Shown: piece after piece, positions 1 to 9,160 of the stretch
Position numbering within the stretch: the stretch's first letter is position 1
Layout of the letters: the number at the start of each line of letters is the position of its first letter
Assembly: GCF_008065095.1 (NCBI RefSeq)
Contig: NZ_CP042911.1
Coordinates: 7,980,001-8,012,000, forward strand
Direction of reading: 5' to 3'
DNA length: 32,000 nt
Source of the DNA: Gemmata obscuriglobus
Lineage (GTDB): Bacteria > Planctomycetota > Planctomycetia > Gemmatales > Gemmataceae
Position numbers and translations under genes: made by a program
The notes under the pieces: model-generated
What the model was told of the DNA's origin: nothing
The model's database searches: none
Seen by the model: only the letters and a program-made list of their open reading frames with translations

Positions 1-150
1 ATCGGAGCCTTGGGGGTGAGGTGTGGTCGTTTCCTGTTACAGTACCAAACCCGCGCCCCGGCGCGAGCGGAACGGTTCGCGGTCGCGTCGCACTCGCCAC
101 GATGTTAGAATAGGGCTCACCATTTCGCTCGTGTTCGGAGGGACCGCGTT

Positions 151-2040
151 GTGATCGCAACCGCCGCCCGTCTCACCGTTCTTTTCGCGGGGCTGCTCGC
201 GGTGCCGGGGCCGACCGCGCACGGGGCCACGCCGCGCGAGATCGACCGCGCGATCCAGGCCGGCACCGCCGCCCTCAAAGCCCGATACGACAAGGGCGGG
301 CCGGCGATCGGCGCCCAGGACACCACCCTCGGCGCGGCGTGCCTCGCGGGGCTGGCGCTGCTCGAAGCCGGCACCCCGGTCAACGATCCCGCCGTGAAAT
401 CCATCGCGAACACGGTCCGGACCCACGCGTACACGCAGAACCGCACCTACTACGTCGCGCTGTCCCTCATGTTCCTGGACCGGTTCGGGGACTCGAACGA
501 CGTGCCCCTCATTCAGATGCTCGCGGTCCGGCTGCTCGTCGGACAAACGGCCGGTGGCGGGTGGACCTACGAGTGCTGCCCCTCGATTCCGCAGACCGAC
601 GTGGACTGGCTGAAGGCCAATTTGAAGGCGAACCAACTGGTCGCCGGCGCCGCCGGGAAGCCGCCCAAGTTGCACACCGACGCGGAGCGGTACGGGCAAG
701 CGTTAACGGCGGCCAAGGCCCAGACCAACGGCGCGGGGATGACGGACGACAACTCGAACACGCAGTTCGCGGTGATCGCGATGTGGATGGCGCGTAAGCA
801 CGGGGTGCCCGTGGACACCGCGCTCGATTTGATCGAAAAGCGGTTCATCGCCTCACAAGACGGGCGCACCGGCAACTGGGCGTACAGCGGCGGCGTCGCG
901 GCGGCCGGGATGGGGGTGGGCAGCCCGTCGATGTACTGCGCCGGGCTGCTGGGGATGGCCACCGGGGTGGCCCGGCGCGAGGAGCGGCGGCTCAAGGCGG
1001 AGGTGCCACCGCCCAAAAAGGAGCCGGCCAAGTCCGACAAGCTCGACGACCCGTTCTACAACCCGCCGGCGCCGAAAGAACCGGCGCCGAAAAAGGCCCC
1101 CGCCCGACCGGCCGACGAGCGCGACGCGGTGGTGCAGCGCGCTTTCGCCGGGCTGGGGCTGACCATCGCCGACCAGATCCGCACCGGCAAGGGGTTGCTG
1201 TTCGCCAGCGAGGGCGGCGGGCACGGCATCGGTGACCTGTACTTCCTGTGGTCCCTCGAACGCGTGGGGGTCGTGTACGGCCAGGAGAAAATCGGCGGGT
1301 TCGACTGGTACGACATCGGGTCCACCGCGTTGGTGCGGTCGCAGAACCGCGACGGCACCTGGACCATCGGCGGTTCCTACGGTGCCGAAGTGAACACGCC
1401 GTTCGCGGTGCTGTTCCTGTGCCGGTCGAATTTGGCCCGTGACCTGTCGTCCAAGGTCCAAAAAGACCCGACCAGCACGGAAATGCGGGCCGGGGTGCAG
1501 AAGCCGGTCGATGTGGTGCCGACCCGAACGAGCACGGCCGTGCCCGCGCAGACGATCGACCTGCCGAACCCGACTGGCGACGAGGCGATCACGCTGGCGT
1601 CGAAAATACTCAAGGCGTCGGGGAGCGATTGGGCGAAGCTGCTCGCCGAAACGCGCGACGCAAAGGGGACCACCCAAACCCGGGCTCTGGTGCTCGCCGC
1701 GACACACTCCGCGGGCGACCGAAAGGCGGCGGCACGCGAGGCACTGACCGAACGGCTGTGCCGCATGAACGCCGCGACGCTCCGCGCGATGCTCAAAACC
1801 GACGAACCCGAGCTACGCCGGTCCGCCGCGCTCGCCTGCGCGATGAAGGATGACAAGGACCACATTCCGGACCTGATCGCGGCGATCACGGACGCCGACG
1901 ACGCAGTAACGCGAGCCGCGAAGGCCGGGTTAAAGAGCTTGACCGGTAAAGATTTCGGCCCGCCCGCAGTGCCGACCGCCGAGCAGAAGACCGCCGCCGC
2001 GACCGCCTGGCGCGAGTGGTACGTCAAAGAGAAGAAGTGA
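151..2040 (+). CDS. Secreted prenyltransferase/squalene-cyclase-like repeat protein with C-terminal HEAT-like repeats
   Basis: 629-aa ORF starting at GTG. It has a signal-like N-terminus (MIATAARLTVLFAGLLAVPGPTAHG) and repeated GGW / NWAYSGG / DGTWTIGGSYG motifs typical of alpha-alpha toroid repeats. A Pro/Lys-rich linker (PPPKKEPAKSDK...PAPKEPAPKKAP) precedes a HEAT-like C-terminus (ELRRSAALACAMKDDKDHIPDLIAAITDADDAVTRAAKAGL). Shadow ORFs on other frames are Arg/Gly-rich. Confidence 0.7.
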   Translation: MIATAARLTVLFAGLLAVPGPTAHGATPREIDRAIQAGTAALKARYDKGGPAIGAQDTTLGAACLAGLALLEAGTPVNDPAVKSIANTVRTHAYTQNRTYYVALSLMFLDRFGDSNDVPLIQMLAVRLLVGQTAGGGWTYECCPSIPQTDVDWLKANLKANQLVAGAAGKPPKLHTDAERYGQALTAAKAQTNGAGMTDDNSNTQFAVIAMWMARKHGVPVDTALDLIEKRFIASQDGRTGNWAYSGGVAAAGMGVGSPSMYCAGLLGMATGVARREERRLKAEVPPPKKEPAKSDKLDDPFYNPPAPKEPAPKKAPARPADERDAVVQRAFAGLGLTIADQIRTGKGLLFASEGGGHGIGDLYFLWSLERVGVVYGQEKIGGFDWYDIGSTALVRSQNRDGTWTIGGSYGAEVNTPFAVLFLCRSNLARDLSSKVQKDPTSTEMRAGVQKPVDVVPTRTSTAVPAQTIDLPNPTGDEAITLASKILKASGSDWAKLLAETRDAKGTTQTRALVLAATHSAGDRKAAAREALTERLCRMNAATLRAMLKTDEPELRRSAALACAMKDDKDHIPDLIAAITDADDAVTRAAKAGLKSLTGKDFGPPAVPTAEQKTAAATAWREWYVKEKK

Positions 2041-2054
2041 GGGAAAAGGCAGAC

Positions 2055-2108
2055 GGGTTCACCACAAAGAGGTTCCCCGCAAGCGGAGAACCTCTTTGTG
2101 GTGAACCC
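2055..2108. terminator. Long perfect hairpin between convergent genes (candidate bidirectional terminator)
   Basis: gggttcaccacaaagaggttc (2055-2075) is the exact reverse complement of gaacctctttgtggtgaaccc (2088-2108), giving a 21-bp stem. The 12-nt loop cccgcaagcgga can itself pair (ccgc/gcgg). It lies between the stop at 2040 (+) and the stop at 2117 (-). Confidence 0.6.
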
Positions 2109-2116
2109 ATCTGCCC

Positions 2117-2602
2117 TCATACCGCGACGGCCGCGAGCCACGGCTTCGGGAGCGGCTCGCGGTCCGGCTCAACGAACTGCGTCTTCGCCTGTTCGGAGAA
2201 GAGCGCCTCTGGCGAGTAGTGGGCCAGCAGCGCCGTCAGCTTCCGGTCGAACAGGTCCGGGTTGCGTTTGCGGAACCCGGAAAACTTCTCGCCCGGCTTC
2301 ATGCGCGAGGCGACCAGCCGCACGAACGCGGTGGTGATCGTCTCGTGGAACCCGGTCGCCGGCTTCTCCTCGGCCGCCGCGACCTCTTCGGCCGGGCGGG
2401 TCGCGCCGCACGGCGCGTTCTGCTGGGCGATGAACGCCGCGTTCAGCTTCTTGATCCCCGACCGCACCTTCATCCGGGCCGCCCGGTACGTCTCGCTCCG
2501 GGCCACGTACAGCCACGCCATGCGGACGTGCGCCTCGTGGGTCCAGTCCGCGCGGTTCAGCGAGCACTGTTCGAACCGGGTCAGGAACGTGTCGTCGGTC
2601 AT
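2117..2602 (-). CDS. Hypothetical protein (161 aa)
   Basis: ATG preceded by GAGGAG about 7 nt upstream on the minus strand. Amino-acid composition is normal (MTDDTFLTRFEQCSLNRADWTHEAHVRMAWLYV...). I do not recognise a family. Confidence 0.6.
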   Translation of the reverse strand: MTDDTFLTRFEQCSLNRADWTHEAHVRMAWLYVARSETYRAARMKVRSGIKKLNAAFIAQQNAPCGATRPAEEVAAAEEKPATGFHETITTAFVRLVASRMKPGEKFSGFRKRNPDLFDRKLTALLAHYSPEALFSEQAKTQFVEPDREPLPKPWLAAVAV

Positions 2603-2668
2603 CGCCGCGGCTCCTCACGAAGGGTGTCGGAAAGATGCACGGGTGAGCGAACAGGTTCACCCGCAATT

Positions 2669-4462
2669 TCATTTTCTACCCATATACCCGGGCAAATCGT
2701 AAGTCGCCATCTCCGTAGGGTTGCGAAAATACAGCCGCCCGCCCGCGACCACCGGGTGGTTCCAGGTCTTGCCTTTCACCGCGGGGAGCGCCCACAGCTC
2801 TTCGTACTCGTCGCCGCTCGCGGCCACACACGCCAGCCGGCCCTGTTCCGACGCAACGAGCAACTTGTCCCCGACCAGCAGCAACTGGCCCGAGCCGTAG
2901 TTCCCCTCGCGCCACCGGATCGAGCCGCTCGCGAGATCGAGGCACACGAGCCGCCCGGTGTCGAGGCCGAACAGGAAATCGCCGAACCGCACCACGTCGT
3001 TGAACACCGGGGTGAACTTCGTCGTGGCCCACTTCTCGGTCACCGACCATTTCTCACCGCTTTTGGCGACCGCCAGGCACCGCGTGCCGGTGCCCTTGAT
3101 GCCGCCCCCGATCACGATGCGGTCGCCCGCGAGCACCAACGGCTGAACCGTTGCGGGCTCGTTGGCCTGCACCTTCCAGTCGTAGCGCCACACCTCGGCC
3201 CCGGTCGCGGGGTCGTGGGCGAACAGCCCCTCGCCGTTGAACATCAACACGAACGGCACGTTCGCAACGGTCGAGAGCTGCGGGGAGGAGTACCCGTAGG
3301 TGCCCTTCGCTTCGGTCTGCCACTTGAGTTCACCGGTCGCGGCCGAGAGGGCCACCAGCCGCGGGGCCTCGGGCGCCGCCGGGCTCAGAACCACCAGCTC
3401 ACCGACCGCGAGGGGCGACGAGGACCACCCGAACGGCGGCTTGGTGGCCCCGTACTTCTCCTTCAGATCGACGCGCCAGAGCGGCGCGCCGGAGCCGGCC
3501 TGGAGCGCGACAACGGCGCCGCTCGCGGTCGCGGCGAACAGCCGCCCGTTTGCGAGCGTCGGGGTCGCGCGGGGACCCGCTCCGCTGGCCCAGTCGGTGT
3601 GCTTGCCGGCGTCGCCGTGCGCCCACACTTCTGTGCCGTCGGCGGTGCGGTAAGAGACCACGGACTCCGATTCGCCGCGCTGCTCCTGCGTGAACAGAAA
3701 GTCGCCCGCGACACACACCGACGACCACGCCGGGCCGATCGGGTTCTTCCGCCAGCGCTCTTTCGGCGCGGTCCCGTCCCACCCCTGGAACGCGGCGACC
3801 GGCGCGACGCCCGCGCGGTCCGCGCCACGGAACCCGGTCCAGTCGGCCGGGCCGACCGGCACGTCCGCGACGGCAGCCGTCGGGGCCACCGTCGCGCGGC
3901 CCGCGAGCTGCTCTTCCGCCGCGGCTGTCGGCGGGGTGCTCCAGCGGAACGAGACGTCGAGGTCGAACGCCCCGGTCACGCCCTCCGTGCGCGTCAACAG
4001 CCACGGGCTTACCGCAACCATTGCCACGAGAATCGCGGGCCACCCGCGTAGTGCGGGGACGAACGCCAGCACCAGGCCGGCAACTGCGGTCGCGAGCGGC
4101 GCTCCCCAGATGAGCCCAAACATCTTCATCCCGCCCGGTTGCGGGACCCAGAAGCCGTGCGCGAGGAACGGAACCGCCACCACCACCGCCGCCGCCGCGA
4201 GCGCCAAGAGGACGCGCGTCACCCGGCCGTAGTCGCCGAAGACCAGCCACCACAGCCCGAACCCGAGCAGGGCGAAGAACGGGGCCAGTGTGCTCAACAT
4301 GACCAGCGACATGGGCAACGTGACCGAATCGAGCCGGTACGCGATCCGCCCGGCCGCGAAGCCGCCGGCCCCGAGGGCGGTGAAAATCAGCAGCGCGCGC
4401 CGCCAGCCCGACCGGATCGGTTGCGGCCGTTCGGCCTCGAAGCCGTCGGAAGTGAGGTCCAT
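2669..4462 (-). CDS. Membrane-anchored PQQ-like (BamB-type) beta-propeller repeat protein
   Basis: 597-aa ORF with a strong SD (AAGGAGGAGCG directly before the ATG). The N-terminal ~160 aa form several hydrophobic helices. They are followed by repeated propeller motifs (GAVVALQAGSGAPLWR, LVALSAATGELKWQ, LFAHDPATGAEVWRY, LVCLDLASGSIRWR). Confidence 0.8.
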   Translation of the reverse strand: MDLTSDGFEAERPQPIRSGWRRALLIFTALGAGGFAAGRIAYRLDSVTLPMSLVMLSTLAPFFALLGFGLWWLVFGDYGRVTRVLLALAAAAVVVAVPFLAHGFWVPQPGGMKMFGLIWGAPLATAVAGLVLAFVPALRGWPAILVAMVAVSPWLLTRTEGVTGAFDLDVSFRWSTPPTAAAEEQLAGRATVAPTAAVADVPVGPADWTGFRGADRAGVAPVAAFQGWDGTAPKERWRKNPIGPAWSSVCVAGDFLFTQEQRGESESVVSYRTADGTEVWAHGDAGKHTDWASGAGPRATPTLANGRLFAATASGAVVALQAGSGAPLWRVDLKEKYGATKPPFGWSSSPLAVGELVVLSPAAPEAPRLVALSAATGELKWQTEAKGTYGYSSPQLSTVANVPFVLMFNGEGLFAHDPATGAEVWRYDWKVQANEPATVQPLVLAGDRIVIGGGIKGTGTRCLAVAKSGEKWSVTEKWATTKFTPVFNDVVRFGDFLFGLDTGRLVCLDLASGSIRWREGNYGSGQLLLVGDKLLVASEQGRLACVAASGDEYEELWALPAVKGKTWNHPVVAGGRLYFRNPTEMATYDLPGYMGRK

Positions 4463-4574
4463 CGCTCCTCCTTTGTGCCTTCGTGTTGTGTTCGCACTTC
4501 GGACCCGGACAATAGCACTACCGCGGGCGCCCCGCCCGTGTTTCTGAAATAACGGATAATGTACCTATTCAGCA

Positions 4575-5063
4575 ATGCCAACCGAACCACCTCCCGAACC
4601 GGATGACGCCTTGATGCTCGCTCGCGCGTTCGCGTCGTTCGGGCCGGTGTATTACAAATGGCTGCGCGCGTGCTTCGCCGAGAGCGGGGTGAGCTTCCCG
4701 CGCATGAAGTTGCTCGGGGCGCTGCACTCGTCCGGCCCGAAGATCATGAGCGAGCTGGGCGAAGAGCTGGGCGTGACCGCGCGGAACGTGACCGCGCTGG
4801 TGGACGCGCTGGAGGGCGAGGGGCTGGTGCGCCGGGTGCCGCACACGACCGACCGCCGCGCGACGGTGATCGAGCTGACCCCGGCGGGAGCAAAATACGG
4901 TCTGGAAATGGCTTCGGGCGGGCACCTCGACAAGGTGGCGGAGCTGTTCCGCGCGCTGAGCGCCGACGAGCAAGAGCAACTGCGCCGGCTCGTGGCGAAG
5001 CTCGAAAGTTTGCTCGCGGGCCGCGGGTTCGGCACCGGCGGGCTCTGCGGCGGCGATGGGTGA
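4575..5063 (+). CDS. MarR family transcriptional regulator
   Basis: 162 aa with a winged-helix core (PRMKLLGALHSSGPKIMSELGEELGVTARNVTALVDALEGEGLVRRVPHTTDRRATVIELTPAG). It is divergent from the propeller gene. Confidence 0.85.
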   Translation: MPTEPPPEPDDALMLARAFASFGPVYYKWLRACFAESGVSFPRMKLLGALHSSGPKIMSELGEELGVTARNVTALVDALEGEGLVRRVPHTTDRRATVIELTPAGAKYGLEMASGGHLDKVAELFRALSADEQEQLRRLVAKLESLLAGRGFGTGGLCGGDG

Positions 5064-5086
5064 CCGGCGCGCGTTACTGTATTTCC

Positions 5087-5344
5087 TCACGCTACCGGAT
5101 TGCGGGTGTGGTGAGGTGTGAAGCCTTCCAGTTGGTCACACAGGAGTCGCTCAGAGATTGAAGCCGGGCAAGGTGTAAGCAGGTCTCGCGCGAGGGCGGG
5201 GCGGGCGACTATGGCCCGGGTCGCGGCCGTCACACCGGAATGTTTGGCGTTCCGCAACAGGGACACGGCTACGTTCCGCAGCGACGCCAACACGCGCGGG
5301 GCGTGACCGCGCCGCACCCGGCACCGGTCCTCGCCGTGCGTCAC
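5087..5344 (-). pseudogene. 3'-terminal fragment of an IS4/ISAs1-type DDE transposase (relic)
   Basis: The translation ..DVTHGEDRCRVRRGHAPRVLASLRNVAVSLLRNAKHSGVTAATRAIVARPALARDLL matches the conserved extreme C-terminus of these transposases (DVT.GEDRSRVR.G.AP..LA.LRN.A..LLR). The upstream in-frame sequence has no transposase-like continuation, so only about the last 60 aa survive. Confidence 0.6.
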
Positions 5345-5433
5345 GTCCGCAGCCCTGGAGCCGGGGCAGGTAACCTTGATAATCCGTTCAGCGGGCGTGA
5401 TTTGAGTGCGTGAAGTGCGTTCGCGAGAGCGAG

Positions 5434-5466
5434 GGCGGCCCGTGGCAGCGATTGCCGCGGGCCGCC
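5434..5466 (-). terminator. GC-rich hairpin downstream of the thioredoxin-like gene
   Basis: ggcggcccg (5434-5442) is the reverse complement of cgggccgcc (5458-5466). It lies 8 nt past the minus-strand stop at 5474. No clear U-tract. Confidence 0.35.
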
Positions 5467-5473
5467 AGTCCGG

Positions 5474-6529
5474 TCACTTCTTCTCTTCTTTCTTCTCGTC
5501 CTTCTTCTCTTCGCTGTACTTCTTGGTCATGCTCTCGAGTTGCTTCTTGAGGCCGCCGTCCGCCACCTCGACGGCCTTCGCGCCGGTCTCCTTCGCCTTC
5601 GCCTTGTCGCCGCTGGCGAAGTACGCCTCGGCCAGGAAGTACAGGGCGACCGCGTCCTTATCGCCGGCGAGCTTCACGGCCGTCTCGGCCGCCTTCACGC
5701 CGAGGGCCACCAGTTCCTTGTTGTCGCGCGCGAACGGGCTGGTGAGCGGCCCCGACACGTTCCGCAGCACGCTCGGGTCCTCGGTCGCGATGCCCTTGGC
5801 GAGCAGCGCCTCGGCCATCTTCTTGGCCTCGTCGGTCTTCTTGGCCTTGAGGAGCGAAACCAGCTTCGGGGCGTCGAAGTACGGGATGTGCCCCAGGTCC
5901 GGGTGCTTCGCCTCGAAATCGGCCAGGGCCTTCAGGAACGCCTCCGGGTCCATCTTCCCGGTCGCCTCGAACACCGCGTCCACTTCCTTCTCGACCGCCT
6001 TGAGCCCCTCCACGTCGGCGGGGGTCCACTTGCCCGCGACCACCTTCGGCAGCACCGCGCCGAGGAACATCGGGTGCCCGATGTACGCGATCTTGCCGGC
6101 GGTGTCGACCACGAAGCAGCACGGGATGCCCTGCTGCCCGGCGGCCGTCATCCACGCGTCGTAGACGGCGCGCTCGTCCGCGTAGGCGAACGTGTACCCG
6201 AGCTTCGGGCCGCGCTTCTTGACGAACGCGGCCACCTTCTCCTGCGTGTTGTTGTCGTCCTTGGAGGTGTGACCGATGAACGTGACCTTGTCCTTGTAGT
6301 GGGCCTGCAGTTCGGCCATGTGCGGCATCATGACGATGCACGGCCCGCACCAGGTGGCCCAGAACTCGACCACGTACGCCTTGCCGGTGGCGAACTCCTT
6401 GACCTCGGCGCCCTGGAGCCACGTGGTGGCCTTGAGCGCCGGGGCCTTGTCGCCGACCTTCAGTTTCTCTTCGGCGGCGGCCGGGGCGACGAGCCCGGCG
6501 ATCACGGCCAGCGCGAGTAGCGAACGCAT
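5474..6529 (-). CDS. Secreted TlpA/thioredoxin-like redoxin with helical-repeat C-terminal domain and Lys/Glu tail
   Basis: 351 aa with a signal peptide (MRSLLALAVIAGLVAPAAA) and the active-site motif WATWCGPC. The C-terminal half is Ala/Lys-rich helical repeats ending in KKYSEEKKDEKKEEKK. Confidence 0.85.
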   Translation of the reverse strand: MRSLLALAVIAGLVAPAAAEEKLKVGDKAPALKATTWLQGAEVKEFATGKAYVVEFWATWCGPCIVMMPHMAELQAHYKDKVTFIGHTSKDDNNTQEKVAAFVKKRGPKLGYTFAYADERAVYDAWMTAAGQQGIPCCFVVDTAGKIAYIGHPMFLGAVLPKVVAGKWTPADVEGLKAVEKEVDAVFEATGKMDPEAFLKALADFEAKHPDLGHIPYFDAPKLVSLLKAKKTDEAKKMAEALLAKGIATEDPSVLRNVSGPLTSPFARDNKELVALGVKAAETAVKLAGDKDAVALYFLAEAYFASGDKAKAKETGAKAVEVADGGLKKQLESMTKKYSEEKKDEKKEEKK

Positions 6530-6733
6530 GCAATATCCTTCCGGGGTGGAACGCGAGGGGCTGAACTAGAGTTTACGCCCAACGGGGACGGGGGACAGGT
6601 CGAAACCTAACCGGGGAAGTCGTGTTTTGGAGGCGCCCGGCCGCGGCGGGAACGGTGATTGTGCCGCGTCGTGTGATCGACTAAGTTGCGCGGCGTGAGA
6701 CCTGGTTGGTGCCACGGAACAGAGGAGCTTCGC

Positions 6734-7465
6734 GTGAGCGAGTCGTCCCCGGTGTTCATGTTCGACAACAGCGACCCCGCGATGCAGCGGGCTTACGAGT
6801 CCGCACGCGCCGCGTTCCGCTACTTCTGGCGCGAGGTGGCCCGCGACCGGCGGCGGATCGTTCCCGCCCTCGACCTCGCGTGCGTCAAAGCGCCCTTTTC
6901 CGACGTGGGCGGTTCGGACACCGAACACATGTGGCTGTCGGACATCGATTTCGACGGCCGGACCGTGAGCGGCACGCTCGTGAACAGCCCGAACCGGCTG
7001 CGGACGGTTGCGGCCGGCGACGCGGTGAGCGTCCCGCTGGAACAGATCAGCGACTGGATGTACGCCATTAGCGGCGCCGCATTCGGCGGCTACACGATCA
7101 ACCTCATGCGGTCGCGGATGGACGCGCGCGAGCGCCGCGAGCACGACGCGGCCTGGGGCCTCGACTTCGGCGACCCGCTCCAGATTCGAACCGCGACCGA
7201 GAGCGAACACGCGACCTTCAACGAGAACCTCGCCGCGTCACTCCGGGACCACCTGGCGCAGGAGCCGGCCGCGCTCTCCGAAACCGACGGCAACGGGTGG
7301 ACCTTGTTGCACCAGGAGGCCGCGGCGGGCGGGGCGGCGACGGTCGCGGTGCTGTTGGAGGCCGGCGCCGACGCGGGCGCGGTCACCGACCTCGGGCTGA
7401 CGCCGCTCCAACTCGCCCGGGCGCTCGGGTGGGACGAGGTGGCCGCGCTCCTCGAACGAGCGTGA
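6734..7465 (+). CDS. DUF2314-like domain protein with C-terminal ankyrin repeats
   Basis: GGAG at 6724-6727 lies 6 nt before GTG 6734; the ORF track begins earlier, at 6686. N-terminal region: FMFDNSDPAMQRAYESARAAFRYFWREV...HMWLSDIDFDGRTVSGTLVNSP. C-terminal ankyrin motif: GWTLLHQEAAAGGAATVAVLLEAGADAGAVTDLGLTPLQLA. Confidence 0.7.
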   Translation: MSESSPVFMFDNSDPAMQRAYESARAAFRYFWREVARDRRRIVPALDLACVKAPFSDVGGSDTEHMWLSDIDFDGRTVSGTLVNSPNRLRTVAAGDAVSVPLEQISDWMYAISGAAFGGYTINLMRSRMDARERREHDAAWGLDFGDPLQIRTATESEHATFNENLAASLRDHLAQEPAALSETDGNGWTLLHQEAAAGGAATVAVLLEAGADAGAVTDLGLTPLQLARALGWDEVAALLERA

Positions 7466-7577
7466 CCGCACCGACCCGCGCGCCCCTCGCGCTCGGGTGC
7501 GCGCCTCCGGGTGGCCGACGCCGTCCGCGCCGCGTACCCCTTCCACTTGGGTTCGTGGTTGCAACTCGGAGCAGGAC

Positions 7578-8666
7578 ATGGCTTCTCAGTGCCGGTGGGG
7601 GATTCTGGGCGCCGCCAACATTGCGCGCAAGAACTGGAAGGCGATTCGGCTCGCGGAGAACGCGACCCTGACCGCCGTCGCCAGCCGTGAGCCGGCCCGC
7701 GCGAAAGAGTGGATCGACGCCAACCAGGCGGAGTGCCCGTTCCCGACCGCCCCGGCCGCGGTCACCTACGACGAGCTGCTGAAGAGTCCCGATGTGGACG
7801 CGGTGTACATCCCGCTGCCCACCGGCGTGCGCCGCGAGTGGGTGGTGAAGGCGGCCCGCGCGGGGAAGCACGTGCTGTGCGAGAAACCCTGCGGCCCCGA
7901 CGCCGGCGAGCTGCGCGCGATGCTCAACGCCTGCCAGGCGAACAACGTGCAGTTCATGGACGGCGTGATGTTCATGCACGGGAAGCGGCTCCCGCTGCTC
8001 CGCCGCACGATCGACGACGGCGAGACGGTGGGCCAGTTGCGGCGCATCGCGACGCAGTTCACCTTCGCGGCCGGCGACGACTTCCTGAAGAACAACATCC
8101 GCGTCAGCACGGCGCTGGAGCCGCTCGGGGCGCTGGGCGACCTGGGCTGGTACAACCTCCGCTTCTCGCTGTTCGTGATGAAGTACCAGATGCCCGCGAA
8201 GGTGAGCGGGCGGTTGCTCACGGAGCACCAGGGGGTGCCGCTGGAGTTCTCGGGCGAGCTGTTCTGGGACGGCGGCGTGTCGGCGGCGTTCTACTGCTCG
8301 TTCAACACCGAGCTGCAGCAGTGGGCGCACGTGAGCGGCACGAAGGGCAGCATCGCGGTGCAGGACTTCGTGCTCCCGTACTACGGGTGCGAGGCGGCGT
8401 TCGTCGCGGACCGCCCGGTGTTCAACGTGCAGGGCACCCGGTACCACTGGGAGAGCCACCCGAAGCGGTTCGCGGTGACCGAGTACAGCGACGGCGCGCC
8501 GGACGCGCAAGAGACCAACATGGTCCGCACGTTCAGCGGGCTGGTCCTGGGCGGCACGCCCGACCCGACGTGGGGCGAGATCGCGCTGAAGACGCAGGTG
8601 GTGATGGACACGTGTCTGGCGTCGGCGCGGCAGGGCGGCGCGACGCTCGCGTGCCCGTCGGTGTAA
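7578..8666 (+). CDS. Gfo/Idh/MocA family NAD(P)-dependent oxidoreductase
   Basis: The Rossmann N-terminus begins at ATG 7578 (MASQCRWGILGAANIARKNWKAIRL), followed by the EKP motif (GKHVLCEKP). The upstream part of ORF 7497 is Pro/Arg-rich and unlikely to be coding. Confidence 0.85.
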   Translation: MASQCRWGILGAANIARKNWKAIRLAENATLTAVASREPARAKEWIDANQAECPFPTAPAAVTYDELLKSPDVDAVYIPLPTGVRREWVVKAARAGKHVLCEKPCGPDAGELRAMLNACQANNVQFMDGVMFMHGKRLPLLRRTIDDGETVGQLRRIATQFTFAAGDDFLKNNIRVSTALEPLGALGDLGWYNLRFSLFVMKYQMPAKVSGRLLTEHQGVPLEFSGELFWDGGVSAAFYCSFNTELQQWAHVSGTKGSIAVQDFVLPYYGCEAAFVADRPVFNVQGTRYHWESHPKRFAVTEYSDGAPDAQETNMVRTFSGLVLGGTPDPTWGEIALKTQVVMDTCLASARQGGATLACPSV

Positions 8667-8728
8667 TTGGCCCCTTCCGCATTGCGGCGCCGTGGGCTAT
8701 TATCACGGCGCCGAACCGAGGTCGGAAC

Positions 8729-9160
8729 GTGAGTACGCCCATCCAGACCCGAGCGGACTTCCAGCAACTGGCCGAGGTGCGCCTCGTCGAGGCGAAAGCG
8801 CTCCTCGATCTCGGGCACTGGGACGGGGCGTACTACCTAACCGGGTACGCGGTGGAGCTGGCGCTCAAGGCGTGTATCATCAAAGTGCTGATGGCGACCG
8901 ACGCGTTCCCCAAAAAGGATTTCTCGCACAACTGCTACACTCACGCCATTGAGCCGTTAGTCGACCTCGCTCAACTAAGTGCGGCGCGTACCGCTTTCGC
9001 CGCGGCGAACGTCAACTTCGATGTCAACTGGAAGACGGTCAAGGACTGGTCCGAGCACAAACGGTATCACCGGGTCACGGAACCTGAGGCGCGGCGACTC
9101 TACGCGGCGGTTGTTGACCCTTCTGATGGAGTCTTCGCGTGGATCAAGACGCACTGGTGA
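8729..9160 (+). CDS. HEPN domain protein
   Basis: GTG 8729 with GAGG 8 nt upstream. The 143-aa all-helical protein reads FQQLAEVRLVEAKALLDLGHWDGAYYLTGYAVELALKACIIK ... WSEHKRYH..TEPEARRLYAAV, which is the layout of the classical HEPN family. It is the only non-Arg/Gly-rich part of ORF 7709..9160. Confidence 0.65.
   Translation: MSTPIQTRADFQQLAEVRLVEAKALLDLGHWDGAYYLTGYAVELALKACIIKVLMATDAFPKKDFSHNCYTHAIEPLVDLAQLSAARTAFAAANVNFDVNWKTVKDWSEHKRYHRVTEPEARRLYAAVVDPSDGVFAWIKTHW

Noticed and set aside
2219-4051. Very long ORFs antisense to, or out of frame with, the called genes. Examples: 2219..4051 (+), 7383..8510 (-), 9461..11035 (-), 16789..18237 (-), 18641..20263 (-), 18748..20376 (+), 21655..22515 (-), 25306..26142 (-).
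   Set aside because: Their translations are dominated by Arg/Gly/Pro/Ala runs with no recognisable motifs, as expected for stop-poor shadow frames in ~70% GC DNA. The overlapping frame in each case carries clear family motifs.
4520-4574. Imperfect palindrome ctgaaata...tattcag upstream of marR, as an operator.
   Set aside because: The half-sites are short and imperfect, so it cannot be distinguished from chance by eye.
7709-8728. N-terminal 340 aa of track ORF 7709..9160, and the 14512..15453 extension of ORF 12604..15453.
   Set aside because: Both are Arg/Gly-rich shadow sequence overlapping real genes (the Gfo/Idh/MocA gene and the 282-aa TIGR02996 gene). The genuine proteins start at GTG 8729 and ATG 14511, each with an SD-like sequence.
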